Below the pieces are notes generated by a model, which had not been told where the DNA came from, did not search any database, and saw only the letters and a program-made list of their open reading frames with translations. The translations under genes were made by a program, and so were the position numbers. Positions 36,519-46,113 of a stretch of DNA of 64,000 nucleotides are shown piece by piece; positions within the stretch are counted from its first letter, which is position 1; every line of letters begins with the position of its first letter. Source of the stretch: Heliomicrobium sp. (GTDB lineage Bacteria; Acidobacteriota; Blastocatellia; RBC074); the NCBI GenBank assembly GCA_021155085.1, contig JAJNQA010000021.1, positions 2,875 to 66,874 of the forward strand, written 5' to 3'.

Positions 36519-38162
36519 ATGGCAACTGCAGCAGACCAAATCAATTCACTCTCTTCAACACCGGGGCAGGCGTCGGAACGCGAAATAGCAGAACGTGTTG
36601 CCCGGCGCTACAGGCTTAACTTTATCCCTCTCGAAAGTCATCCAGTTGATTACAATCTTGTGCAGTCACTGCCAGTGGACCTGATGCTGCGGAACAAATT
36701 CGTTCCGCTTCGCCGCGAAAACGGTCATATGGTCATCGCCATGGCGGATCCGTCGGATCTGATGCTGCTTGACGAGTTGAAAGCGCAGCTTCGGATTCCG
36801 CTTAAAGTCGAAGTCGCCACTGCAAGCGCGATCGAAGCCGTGTTGCGCAAAGGCGATGCTTCCCAGCGCGTGCTGCAGGAAGCAACTGAAGGCTTCCGCG
36901 CAGCGTTGGTCAAGGAAACAGAAAATGGTGAAGAGGTTCTTGATCTTGACCGCTTGTCTGGTGACAGCGAGATGTCGCCAATCATCAAGCTGGTGGATAC
37001 GATTGTCTTCACCGCTCTGGAAAAACGCGCCTCCGATATTCATATGGAGACTCGTGATTCAGACATGGTTGTGCGCTATCGAATCGATGGCGCACTTTAT
37101 GAAGCTGGCGACCCGATTGACATACGCCATCACCAAACGATCATCTCTCGTATCAAGGTCATGTCGGAACTAGACATCGCTGAGCGGCGCGTCCCGCAGG
37201 ACGGGCGTTTCCGCATGCGGATCAGAGGGCGCAATGTGGATTTTCGCGTTTCGATCATCCCAACTGCGCACGGCGAAGATGCGGTCATTCGTATTCTCGA
37301 CAAGGAACAGATTAATGAATCGTTCAAAGACTTGCGCCTGGAGGTTGTCGGCTTTGATCCGGTCCTGCTCGCGAAATTCCGCCGCTTTATTCTGGAGCCC
37401 TATGGAATGGTGCTGGTAACTGGTCCAACCGGTTCAGGTAAAACGACGACCCTTTATGCAGCGCTCAACGAAATTCGCAACGACGAGGACAAGATCATCA
37501 CAATTGAAGACCCGGTCGAATACCAACTTCGTGGTGTTGCACAGATCGCAGTCAATGAGAAAAAAGGACTGACTTTCGCGCGCGGCTTGCGCTCAATTCT
37601 GCGCCACGATCCAGACAAGATCATGGTCGGCGAAATCCGCGACAATGAGACCGCGCAAATTGCCATCAACTCGGCGCTCACGGGTCACTTGGTTTTCACG
37701 ACCGTCCACGCCAACAATGTGATTGACGTGATCGGGCGATTCATCAATATGGGTGTCGAACCCTACAATTTCGTCTCCGCGCTGAACTGCGTGCTGGCGC
37801 AGCGTCTGGTTCGCGTTATCTGCCCGCGTTGTCGTGAAAAATACCAGCCGACGGATGCCGATTTGATTGAAGCGGGTCTGACGCCATCAAAATTCAAAGA
37901 CCGAATTTATTACAAGAGCGTCGGCTGCGAAGCGTGCAACCATACGGGTTATCGCGGCCGGACCGCAATCCATGAACTACTGGATATGTCCGACACCATC
38001 CGGGAACTGATTATTGCGCGAAAACCAGGCTCTGAAGTCCGCCGTACCGCGATTCAGGAAGGCTTGGGCAGTTTGCGCGCATCTGCTTTACGGCTGGTAT
38101 TTGAAGGTCAAACAACGTTACACGAAATCAACCGGGTGACCTTCGTCGAAGAGATGCAGTAG
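36519..38162 (+). CDS. gspE: Type II secretion/type IV pilus assembly ATPase (GspE/PilB family).
   Basis: Walker A GPTGSGKTTT is present. A tetracysteine motif CPRC...CEAC is present. The N1 domain has FVPL...MADP. Confidence 0.9.
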   Translation: MATAADQINSLSSTPGQASEREIAERVARRYRLNFIPLESHPVDYNLVQSLPVDLMLRNKFVPLRRENGHMVIAMADPSDLMLLDELKAQLRIPLKVEVATASAIEAVLRKGDASQRVLQEATEGFRAALVKETENGEEVLDLDRLSGDSEMSPIIKLVDTIVFTALEKRASDIHMETRDSDMVVRYRIDGALYEAGDPIDIRHHQTIISRIKVMSELDIAERRVPQDGRFRMRIRGRNVDFRVSIIPTAHGEDAVIRILDKEQINESFKDLRLEVVGFDPVLLAKFRRFILEPYGMVLVTGPTGSGKTTTLYAALNEIRNDEDKIITIEDPVEYQLRGVAQIAVNEKKGLTFARGLRSILRHDPDKIMVGEIRDNETAQIAINSALTGHLVFTTVHANNVIDVIGRFINMGVEPYNFVSALNCVLAQRLVRVICPRCREKYQPTDADLIEAGLTPSKFKDRIYYKSVGCEACNHTGYRGRTAIHELLDMSDTIRELIIARKPGSEVRRTAIQEGLGSLRASALRLVFEGQTTLHEINRVTFVEEMQ

Positions 38163-38434
38163 ATGAATTTGGAACGCTTCCGGCCCCTGAGCGTTGAAAG
38201 CGCTAGTTGCGTTCGACCTGAATCCGTACCGCAACAGTGAATGTCAGCCCGTTTCACCGGAATCCGCCCCATTTTTTTTGAAGGTTTGCAGGCACCCGAG
38301 TCGTTCCACCATTTTTTGTATTTTGGCGTTTCGCCAGGAGTATTTTGTAAATGACAAGGACAAGGTTCGCCTAACCCTGTCCTGCTTTGAGATAGAGCTT
38401 GTCGAAGTTCAACACCAATAAAGAGAAGGTCACC

Positions 38435-41400
38435 ATGAACACAAACATCACGATTCGCAGATTTCTCGCCTTGTTCCTGACACTGTGTCTAATCTTGCCG
38501 GGAACTGCTCTGGCCGGCGGCGGTAAGGGCAAAAAGAATTTCAACGAGGGGAAAAAATACGAAAACGCACAGCAATGGGACATGGCCGCACAAGCTTACG
38601 CGTTGGCAGTTTCGGCTGAGCCGGACAATCCGGAATATCGGCTTCATTACATGCGCGCGTTGCAGCAGGCGTCGTTGATGTACGTCAAACGTGGCGATGC
38701 GCTCGCCGAACAAAATGATTATCCGGGCGCTTACACCGCCTACCGTTCGGCGTTTAATTATGATCAGGGCAACGAAGTTGCGCGAATCAAGATGGAGCGG
38801 ATGCTCGACCAGCAAAAGGCATTGGCCAACGGGCTGGAGCCAGTCGCTTATACGAATTCCGGCAATGTCAAACCGACCAGCGATCTGCAAATTTCGACCA
38901 AGCCGCGCAATCGTGACCTTCTGCAAAACGTTGAATTCAAAGACGCAAGCTTCAAATCGGTCGTCAAAAATCTCGGCAAACAATTGGGGCTGAACGTACT
39001 GTTCGATGATCAGGTCAAAGACGACAAAGTCACCGTGGATATGAATGATGTGACTTTGGCCAAGGCGATGGACAATATCCTGTTCATGAAGAAATACACT
39101 TTCGAGCAGATGGATCGCCGCACCATCATCGTGTATCAGGACAATCCAACCAACAAGCCGCGCTTCGAAAAACTGATGGTCAAGGCCTTCTATTTGGGCA
39201 ACATCAATGCCACACAGGCGCGCGGCGTCATCACATTGGCGCTCGGCGCGGCCCGGCAAGTTCAGCCACTGGATCAGGCTGCCGGCGGCCCAGGCGGCGG
39301 TGCGGGTGGCAGCGGTGGCGGCAATATCATTCTGGTCAAAGCCACACCGCAGGAATTGCAGGTCGTCCAGCAAATCCTGGAGATGGTTGACAAGAACAAG
39401 AATGAAGTTGTGCTCGACGTGGATATTTATGAAGTCTCGCACGACAGCATGCTGAAAATTGGCAATCAGATCGCGACTTCCCCGGTGCAAGTGGATGCGC
39501 TTGAGTACGTGGATAAAGAAACCGGCAAGCCATACTATCGGCAAACGCCGACGTCCTCGCTGGGAAATTTTGGTGGATTGGGACAGGCAAACGCTTTGGC
39601 GGGAACCGTCAATCTTCTTGGTGGCGCAGGCAGCTTTCTGGGAATGGGCGCGTTGATTGGCTTGCCGCCGACGACGTTGTCGCTGCTGCAATCAAAGGGC
39701 AATTCGAAGCTGTTGAATAAGACTCAAATTCACGTCCTCGATGGCCAATCAAACACCACCAAGGTCGGCAAAAGCGTGCCGGTACGTCTTGGCACCCAGT
39801 ATGGTTTTAACGGTGGTTTTGGTGGTGGCTCCCAACTTGGGGGAGGTCTTAATGGCGCAGTCAACGGCGCAGTGAATGGAGCTCTTGGCAACCAGTTCGG
39901 TGGATTTGGTGGATTGGGCAGCGGTATTGACTCGATTCAATATCGTGACGTCGGCCTCGTCATCGAAGCGACGCCTACCATCACTAACGAAGGTTACGTC
40001 GAAGTAAAGATGAAATTCGAGACTTCGGACGTCGCGGCTTCAGGCAGCACGAGCGAATTAACGCCGACCTTTACACAACGATCCATGCAAACCGTCGCAC
40101 GCATCAAAGATGGTGTGACATCCGTGGTTGCGGGAGTTAACCAACAGAACAAAGGCGATTCACGCGCGACCATTCCAATCATCGGGATGGTCCCAATTCT
40201 CGGACGCCTGTTCACGACTCCCAATCAGACATCCGCCCAGACCGATTTGATTATTACTGTCACGCCGCACATCGTCCGGTCTGCGGGGATTACACAAAAG
40301 GATTACCTGGCGGTCTACACCGGCGGCAACAGTACTGCCGGTGGCAGCTTGCCGCCGAGCGTGGAAGACGTCGTATACCGCGCGCAGCAGGAAGAAGAAC
40401 AGGAACGCCGGTTGATCGCGATGAATTCGCCGACGCCGCAAAGCATCCCATTGACTGCTGACAGCCAACCGGCAACCACGCAATTGGCAGGCAATCAACA
40501 ATCACAATTGGAGCAGCCAAGACAGCCGGCTGTGCAACCGGTCAACAACACGAATACCGGCGCGCCTGCGGTTCGTACTTTCGGTAACAATAATCTGGCG
40601 CCGATTTCCACTTCGAGCACATTATCGTCAGGGGCTCCGGTCGTTCAGCAAACGCCCCAGCAATTTGAGCAGAGCAATCCCACCGAGATTCCGCCAACAG
40701 AAATTGCGCTGGCAGGCAACAAAGAAGGCCCGATGAAAGATGGGGAGATGAGAGAAGGCGAGGTGATCAAGCCCGAAAATCCGGTCCCGATCGCAACGGT
40801 ATCCTTTGGACAGGATAGTGAAGAACGCCAGAAAAAGATGACTCTGATCCGGCAGCAATATGCAGATGAGCAGAAAAGGCTGGAACAGGAAGCCAAAGCC
40901 AACGCAAAATCAAAACGGGTGGAGTCAGCCCCCGCGCCGATGCCTGAAGGGATGACCGGACCAAAAACCAAAGTTCCACTGGCTGTTCCTGCCATGGGGG
41001 CTGCCCGAGGCAATGTGGGCTTCACGCTCTCGGCGCCAAATCGTCAGCAGGTTGGCAAGACTTTCAGCGTCTCGGTCGAAACAAACGGCCAGGGTCAGAT
41101 ATTTGGTGCAAGTATTGCCCTTCGTTTCGACGAATCCAAGCTGAAAATTAAATCCGTCCGAGGCGGAGAACTCTTCGGCGAACACCCGGAGTTGAGCCAC
41201 AGCATTGAAAAAGGTATCTTGAAGGCGTCCATCAAGAACCAGCAGAAATCGGGGGTTTCGGCCAGCGGGCGGGTGTTTGTGATCGAATTTTCCGCGATTT
41301 CCGAAGGCTCAACTGAAATCGGATTCAACAATGCTGACACGAAGGTCAATATATCCAGTACAACAGTCGTTGGAGCCAACGGACGGGCGGCGCAAGTCGT

Positions 41401-41443
41401 CATCAGCCGTGACGCTGTCGCAAGTTCAACCAATGAAAGATAA
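38435..41443 (+). CDS. gspD: Secretin (GspD/PilQ family) with an N-terminal TPR-like region and a C-terminal Gln/Pro-rich linker plus cohesin-like beta-sandwich domain.
   Basis: ATG at 38435 follows GAGAAGG and opens a signal peptide. The secretin core has VLDGQSNTTKVGKSVPV, IEATPTITNEGYVEVKMKFETSDV and IPIIGMVPILGRLFTTPNQTSAQTDLIITVTPHIV. After ~300 aa of low complexity, the C-terminus VGFTLSAPNRQQVGKTFSVSVETNGQGQIFGASIALRFDESKLKIKSVRGGELFG...GRVFVIEFSAISEGSTEIGF looks cohesin-like. Confidence 0.85.
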   Translation: MNTNITIRRFLALFLTLCLILPGTALAGGGKGKKNFNEGKKYENAQQWDMAAQAYALAVSAEPDNPEYRLHYMRALQQASLMYVKRGDALAEQNDYPGAYTAYRSAFNYDQGNEVARIKMERMLDQQKALANGLEPVAYTNSGNVKPTSDLQISTKPRNRDLLQNVEFKDASFKSVVKNLGKQLGLNVLFDDQVKDDKVTVDMNDVTLAKAMDNILFMKKYTFEQMDRRTIIVYQDNPTNKPRFEKLMVKAFYLGNINATQARGVITLALGAARQVQPLDQAAGGPGGGAGGSGGGNIILVKATPQELQVVQQILEMVDKNKNEVVLDVDIYEVSHDSMLKIGNQIATSPVQVDALEYVDKETGKPYYRQTPTSSLGNFGGLGQANALAGTVNLLGGAGSFLGMGALIGLPPTTLSLLQSKGNSKLLNKTQIHVLDGQSNTTKVGKSVPVRLGTQYGFNGGFGGGSQLGGGLNGAVNGAVNGALGNQFGGFGGLGSGIDSIQYRDVGLVIEATPTITNEGYVEVKMKFETSDVAASGSTSELTPTFTQRSMQTVARIKDGVTSVVAGVNQQNKGDSRATIPIIGMVPILGRLFTTPNQTSAQTDLIITVTPHIVRSAGITQKDYLAVYTGGNSTAGGSLPPSVEDVVYRAQQEEEQERRLIAMNSPTPQSIPLTADSQPATTQLAGNQQSQLEQPRQPAVQPVNNTNTGAPAVRTFGNNNLAPISTSSTLSSGAPVVQQTPQQFEQSNPTEIPPTEIALAGNKEGPMKDGEMREGEVIKPENPVPIATVSFGQDSEERQKKMTLIRQQYADEQKRLEQEAKANAKSKRVESAPAPMPEGMTGPKTKVPLAVPAMGAARGNVGFTLSAPNRQQVGKTFSVSVETNGQGQIFGASIALRFDESKLKIKSVRGGELFGEHPELSHSIEKGILKASIKNQQKSGVSASGRVFVIEFSAISEGSTEIGFNNADTKVNISSTTVVGANGRAAQVVISRDAVASSTNER

Positions 41444-41984
41444 GAAAAATCATCGGTTCATGCTCAACAATCGGTGGCTGGCAAATGCTGGCCACCGATT
41501 GTTGAATGGCAGCAAACCAGATCGCGAATCCGGTTTTACGCTGCTTGAATTGATCATTACATTGACGGTCATCGCCATTCTGGCGGCGGGCACGGTTCCG
41601 GTCGTTCACAATATGATTCGGCGCCAGAAAGAACTGGAACTACGCCGCAACCTTCGTGAGATTCGTCAGGCAATTGATGCCTACCAGGCCAGTTGCGTCA
41701 AGGGAGAGGCCGGATTCGACAAGGAAACCGATGACTGTTATCCGCCGAGTTTGGAGGCCATGGTCAAAGGCTTCAACCCGCCTGGCAAGGTCAACGAAAC
41801 CAAGCGTTTTCTGCGCCGCGTTCCGCTTGATCCCTTCACCCAAAACACGCAATGGGGCATGCGTTCGATGGAAGACGATCCATATTCGACAGGTGGCGGA
41901 CCGGGTGGCAAAAACGGCATTTTTGACGTTTACACCACTGCTCAGGGAAAAGCGCTTGATGGTTCGGACTACAGCAAATGGTAA
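41433..41984 (+). CDS. GspG-like pseudopilin/pilin 1 (prepilin N-terminal domain) with an unusually long leader.
   Basis: Contains ...RESGFTLLELIITLTVIAILAAG (G|FTLLE with Glu at +5) and the GspG-like EIRQAIDAY. About 36 aa precede the predicted cleavage site if the ATG at 41433 is used. Overlaps the secretin stop by 11 nt. Confidence 0.6.
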   Translation: MKDKKNHRFMLNNRWLANAGHRLLNGSKPDRESGFTLLELIITLTVIAILAAGTVPVVHNMIRRQKELELRRNLREIRQAIDAYQASCVKGEAGFDKETDDCYPPSLEAMVKGFNPPGKVNETKRFLRRVPLDPFTQNTQWGMRSMEDDPYSTGGGPGGKNGIFDVYTTAQGKALDGSDYSKW

Positions 41985-42529
41985 AGAAAGCCGGAAAAAT
42001 AGCAGTAAAGAGTGATGTGCAATCGAGATTGACAGCCAGATCACGGTTTGTCGAATCAGGGTTCACTTTGCTTGAACTAATCATCACCTTGACGATTCTT
42101 TCCATCTTGTCATTCGGAACCATTCCCATCGCCCGTAATGTCATCAGACACGAAAAGGAGTTGGAGTTAAAACGCACATTACGGGAAATGCGCAAGGCGA
42201 TTGATATGTATCACCGGGACTGCGCAGACCGAGGACTAATCGGCACTCTGGACCGCAAAATCAATGATGGCTGCTATCCGTTGACGTTGGAAGTCCTGGT
42301 TGAAGGCATTCCCAAGGCAGCGCCAGGAGGAATCAGCGCTTCCGGCGAAATGCTTCGCTATCTGAGACGGATTCCAAAAGATCCCATCACCGGGCGGGAC
42401 GACTGGAAATTTCGCTCGGTGCAGGACGAACCGGATTCAGAATCCTGGGGCGGAGAGAACGTCTACAATGTTTACAGTAACTCCCAGCAGATGGCGCTCG
42501 ACGGAAAGACCTACTACAAAGATTGGTAA
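41978..42529 (+). CDS. GspG-like pseudopilin/pilin 2, with a long leader.
   Basis: Contains ...FVESGFTLLELIITLTILSIL and LREMRKAIDMY. About 26 aa precede the predicted cleavage site. Confidence 0.6.
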   Translation: MVKKAGKIAVKSDVQSRLTARSRFVESGFTLLELIITLTILSILSFGTIPIARNVIRHEKELELKRTLREMRKAIDMYHRDCADRGLIGTLDRKINDGCYPLTLEVLVEGIPKAAPGGISASGEMLRYLRRIPKDPITGRDDWKFRSVQDEPDSESWGGENVYNVYSNSQQMALDGKTYYKDW

Positions 42530-42531
42530 TT

Positions 42532-42975
42532 ATGAAGTCAAAGTCTCAAAAATCTTTTTTCAGTTCTGACGCTTCGCACGAAGGGTTTCGAGCGCGGGTT
42601 CAACGCGGCTTCACATTCATGGAGTTGCTAATTGTGATGGTTATCATCGCAATTTTGGCTGCGGTGGCGATTCCGAAATATCTGGCCCATCTTCGCCGCG
42701 CAAAAGAGGTGGTGTTACGGCAGGACTTGTGGGCGATGCGCCGCGCGATTGACTTTTACTCAACAGATAAGGAGCAGCCTCCGTCTGGTCTTGAAGAGTT
42801 GGTCAGTGCAGGTTATTTGCGCGAGCTTCCGAAAGACCCAATGTGCCCTGACGACTGTCAATGGGTGACTGTCCCCGCCCAGACAGATAGTCTCAGCGCT
42901 GCTGGCGGCATCGGCGATGTGAAAAGCAGCGCACCAGGCAATGACTCAAACGGAGTTCCCTATTCAGAGTATTAA
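42532..42975 (+). CDS. GspG-like major pseudopilin/pilin 3.
   Basis: Contains ...RARVQRGFTFMELLIVMVIIAILAAVAIPKY and LRQDLWAMRRAIDFY. About 25 aa precede the predicted cleavage site. Confidence 0.65.
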   Translation: MKSKSQKSFFSSDASHEGFRARVQRGFTFMELLIVMVIIAILAAVAIPKYLAHLRRAKEVVLRQDLWAMRRAIDFYSTDKEQPPSGLEELVSAGYLRELPKDPMCPDDCQWVTVPAQTDSLSAAGGIGDVKSSAPGNDSNGVPYSEY

Positions 42976-43017
42976 GGCTCGTCATTGTTTTCCCTGGTTA
43001 TCAAGGGATCGTTATTT

Positions 43018-43971
43018 ATGAAACAACTTCCTATCTTATCCGGCCTCTGGAATTATCTGACTGCGCCCGATCTTCCCCGCACCGCACTGGCTATCAGCGA
43101 AACTCACCTGTCCATTGTCTCGCTACGACGCAGCAAAGGCGAGTTTGAGCCGCGCAACCTGGGCGTGCTGCGCTTGCCGGAAGGTTTAGTGCGCTCAAGC
43201 TTCACAGACACAAATATCTCAGATGAATCATCCCTGATGGAGCATCTGACCAGAACGGCAGCTCAGGCAGGACTCAGTCGTCCACGAAATTTAAGTGTTG
43301 CCCTGCCTTCAGGAAGTGCTCGCAGTCAGGTCATCTCGCTCGACACCATGCCCAATTCGCGCAGTGAAGTGGCAGAGTTGATCGAATGGAAGATCGAGCG
43401 CAGTTTCGGCCAGAAATTCAGCGACTTGCGGGCTAGTTACACCCGGCTGAGCGATTTTAACGGCCGGCCGCATTGGCTGGTGACCGCTGTTCATTCGCGA
43501 GTGCTGGGACAATACGAACGCATTTTCAAGGAATTAAGCTGGTCAGTCGGAATGATCGCGCCCCAGAATCTGGGAGAAGCGCAGTGGTTAATGCGGCAGA
43601 AGCTTGAAGACGATCAGGTCATCGTTAGTTTGAACGAACGCGGTTTCGATACAGTCATTGTACGTGGCACGGAACCGATTCTGGTGCGCGAAGTGGAATG
43701 CCCTCCGGAAGAACGCGAGGATGAATTTTACCGTCTTCTTATCTTCTACCGGGATCGTTTGTTGCCCGAAAATGCGCCGATCACACTCAATCGCGTGCTG
43801 ACGTTGGGAACACCCGCTGACCAGCGGCGTTTCCGCGAAGTGTTGGTGTCCGCACTGGAAAATCATGCGGTTGCACTGGACCCGCAGCAAATCGGTCTGA
43901 AAATCGAGCCCAACGCGCCATTCAACCATTTTGCCGCCTCAAGCGGATTGGCAACGATGGCGTGGGGTTAA
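43018..43971 (+). CDS. Putative PilM/GspL-like cytoplasmic assembly component (tentative).
   Basis: 317-aa soluble protein encoded directly after the pseudopilins. It has no signal peptide and only weak actin-like/PilM-like features, so the call rests mainly on position. Confidence 0.35.
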   Translation: MKQLPILSGLWNYLTAPDLPRTALAISETHLSIVSLRRSKGEFEPRNLGVLRLPEGLVRSSFTDTNISDESSLMEHLTRTAAQAGLSRPRNLSVALPSGSARSQVISLDTMPNSRSEVAELIEWKIERSFGQKFSDLRASYTRLSDFNGRPHWLVTAVHSRVLGQYERIFKELSWSVGMIAPQNLGEAQWLMRQKLEDDQVIVSLNERGFDTVIVRGTEPILVREVECPPEEREDEFYRLLIFYRDRLLPENAPITLNRVLTLGTPADQRRFREVLVSALENHAVALDPQQIGLKIEPNAPFNHFAASSGLATMAWG

Positions 43972-44205
43972 TCGGACAAAACTCGACGATTTTCCATCTC
44001 CTCACGTACCCAAGCTGTTACCCACTATTCGGTTTTCTGGGCAGAGATACGGTATACTCCACTGCCCTTCGTAACAGGCTTGGGCTGTATGTTGTCCCGG
44101 ATCGCAAAGCTTCACCACAAATTCATCATATCCAAAGACTGAAAGGAAGATATTTTCGGATGGCTGTCAGGCTCAGAGCTTGACGGTACAATCGGAAGGA
44201 TGATT

Positions 44206-44952
44206 ATGGATTCACGCACGAAACATTATTCTCTGACAAAATTTTCAATCACAGCGATTTCACTCTTCGCAATATTACTCCTTGCTGCATGCGGCAAGGA
44301 GTCGGTGGTTTCGGACAATTCCGGTCAGAACGCCGCCAGCAATTCGTCACCGGCTTCGGCCAATCCTGGCGCATCACCGCAAGCAGTTTCAACTCCGGGC
44401 GCATCGCCAGCGACTGCCCAAACAACTCCTGTGGGTCCGGTGGGACAGACCACGCCAAATTCTCCATTTGAAGCCCAACCTGGCGAAAAGAAACAAATGA
44501 TGGGAAATATTCCTGTCACGGTCGGGCCGGCGAAGCCAGCCTTGACGCCTGCGCCTGATCCATTTCCGCCGCGCCCAGCACCCGCCGTGACGACTCAAAA
44601 TGGCAAGGTTGTGCAGCAATGGCAAGCTCCAGCGGAAGCTGCCGGTCTTACCAGCCCGGTTAAAAATCGCCCGGATGCCGCAGCTCTTGGACGAGAATTC
44701 TACATGCAAAAATGTGTTGACTGTCACGGCAAGGAAGGCAAAGGCAATGGATACATGTCAGCTCAAACCAAACGTGACGGGAAACCACTCCCTCCAACCA
44801 ATCTGGCAAGTCAGATGGTGCAGGCCAATACGGACGGCGAACTGTTCTGGAAAATCACCAATGGCAAATCGCCTATGCCTGCGCACCGTGTCCGATTTGA
44901 AGACGAGCAACGCTGGTATATTGTCGCCTACCTGCGCACATTCAAACCGTAA
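44206..44952 (+). CDS. Lipoprotein with a C-terminal class I cytochrome c domain.
   Basis: Lipobox LLAAC, a Pro/Ala-rich linker, the heme motif CVDCH and a distal Met (GKSPMPAH). GGAAGG sits 6 nt upstream of the ATG at 44206. Confidence 0.65.
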   Translation: MDSRTKHYSLTKFSITAISLFAILLLAACGKESVVSDNSGQNAASNSSPASANPGASPQAVSTPGASPATAQTTPVGPVGQTTPNSPFEAQPGEKKQMMGNIPVTVGPAKPALTPAPDPFPPRPAPAVTTQNGKVVQQWQAPAEAAGLTSPVKNRPDAAALGREFYMQKCVDCHGKEGKGNGYMSAQTKRDGKPLPPTNLASQMVQANTDGELFWKITNGKSPMPAHRVRFEDEQRWYIVAYLRTFKP

Positions 44953-45169
44953 CGATTTCCAGATAGAGTTAAAATTGTAAGAAAGGCAAAGGAAACTTAT
45001 GGTTAGAGCAGAAACCCGACAGGTCTTTTTCAATTCCACGGAATCTAAATCGGGTATCAGCGCGTAGATTACGTCAAAGACCGCTGACGAAAAAGCTGAT
45101 TCATGACCTTGAACGCACTCTATTCAGCACGTTTTTTTGAGGGAAAATTATTGGAGCTTTAGCTTTTGT

Positions 45170-45934
45170 ATGACGTGGGAAGAAGTGAAAGAACTTGGAC
45201 CTTTTTATGTGCTGGGAGCGCTTGATGCGGAAACAGCGCTGAAGGTTGAAGATTTTCTACGTCACGCAACAAAAGACCAGCAGAACGAAGTGACCGAATG
45301 GCGCGAGGTCGCAGCCTTGTTGCCAATGAGTTTGCCACAAACCGCGGCTCCGCCTTTTCTCAAAGAACGCTTGCTCGTCCGGATCGCCGGGGAGGGAGCG
45401 GCCCCCTATTCAATTCAGTCGGGTTCTTCTGCCAAAGTATTACGATTCCAGCCCCAGCCGCGCGAGCCGAAACAAACGTCTCATTGGCTGGCGATGGCAG
45501 CGGCAATCTTGCTGGCATTCACCACCACTTTTCTAGCCTGGAAAAACTCCCAGCTTTCCACTCAGCTCAACCTGGCAGAGGGACAAGTCAGGGAATTCCT
45601 CTCCTCTGACACACAAATCATCTCGCTCTCCGGCGTTGAAGCGCCTGAAGCAAATGCAAAGGTGATTTGGAATAAAAAAAGCCAGAAGTGGAAAGTCTAC
45701 GTTTTCAATCTGCCTCTCCAGTCGAACGATAAAGATTATCAGCTCTGGTACGTGACCAAAGACGCCAAGATCAATGCCAAGGTTTTCAGCCCCAACGCAC
45801 AGGGCAACGCCGAATTGGATCTATCCCTCCCCCCTGAAGCTCTTCAGGGGCTTGCCGCTACCGCCGTCACCCTTGAACCCAAAGGCGGATCATCACAACC
45901 CACGGGTAAATTCTACCTTGCGGCGGAAATTTGA
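45170..45934 (+). CDS. Anti-sigma factor (RskA-like), with no adjacent sigma factor gene.
   Basis: N-terminus MTWEEVKELGPFYVLGALDAETALKVEDFL, a central TM segment WLAMAAAILLAFTTTFLAW, and an extracytoplasmic C-terminal domain. Confidence 0.5.
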   Translation: MTWEEVKELGPFYVLGALDAETALKVEDFLRHATKDQQNEVTEWREVAALLPMSLPQTAAPPFLKERLLVRIAGEGAAPYSIQSGSSAKVLRFQPQPREPKQTSHWLAMAAAILLAFTTTFLAWKNSQLSTQLNLAEGQVREFLSSDTQIISLSGVEAPEANAKVIWNKKSQKWKVYVFNLPLQSNDKDYQLWYVTKDAKINAKVFSPNAQGNAELDLSLPPEALQGLAATAVTLEPKGGSSQPTGKFYLAAEI

Positions 45935-46113
45935 GGCTGCGTTCGGCTCCTGTGGCGTTTGAAAAACCTTCATTTTGCAGTAGACTGCGGCACGTCAAAC
46001 TCAAATCCAAAATCTTAAAAGCTTGAATCAACGGATGAAAAGCGCCTGCAAGTGGCCCAGTAGTCACTGAAGACAGAGCGAACTCTTCTCATCCGCAAGG
46101 TGCAATTAATTCT

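Noticed and set aside
38489-39691. 400-aa minus-strand ORF.
   Set aside because: It lies antisense to the secretin gene. The composition is not protein-like.
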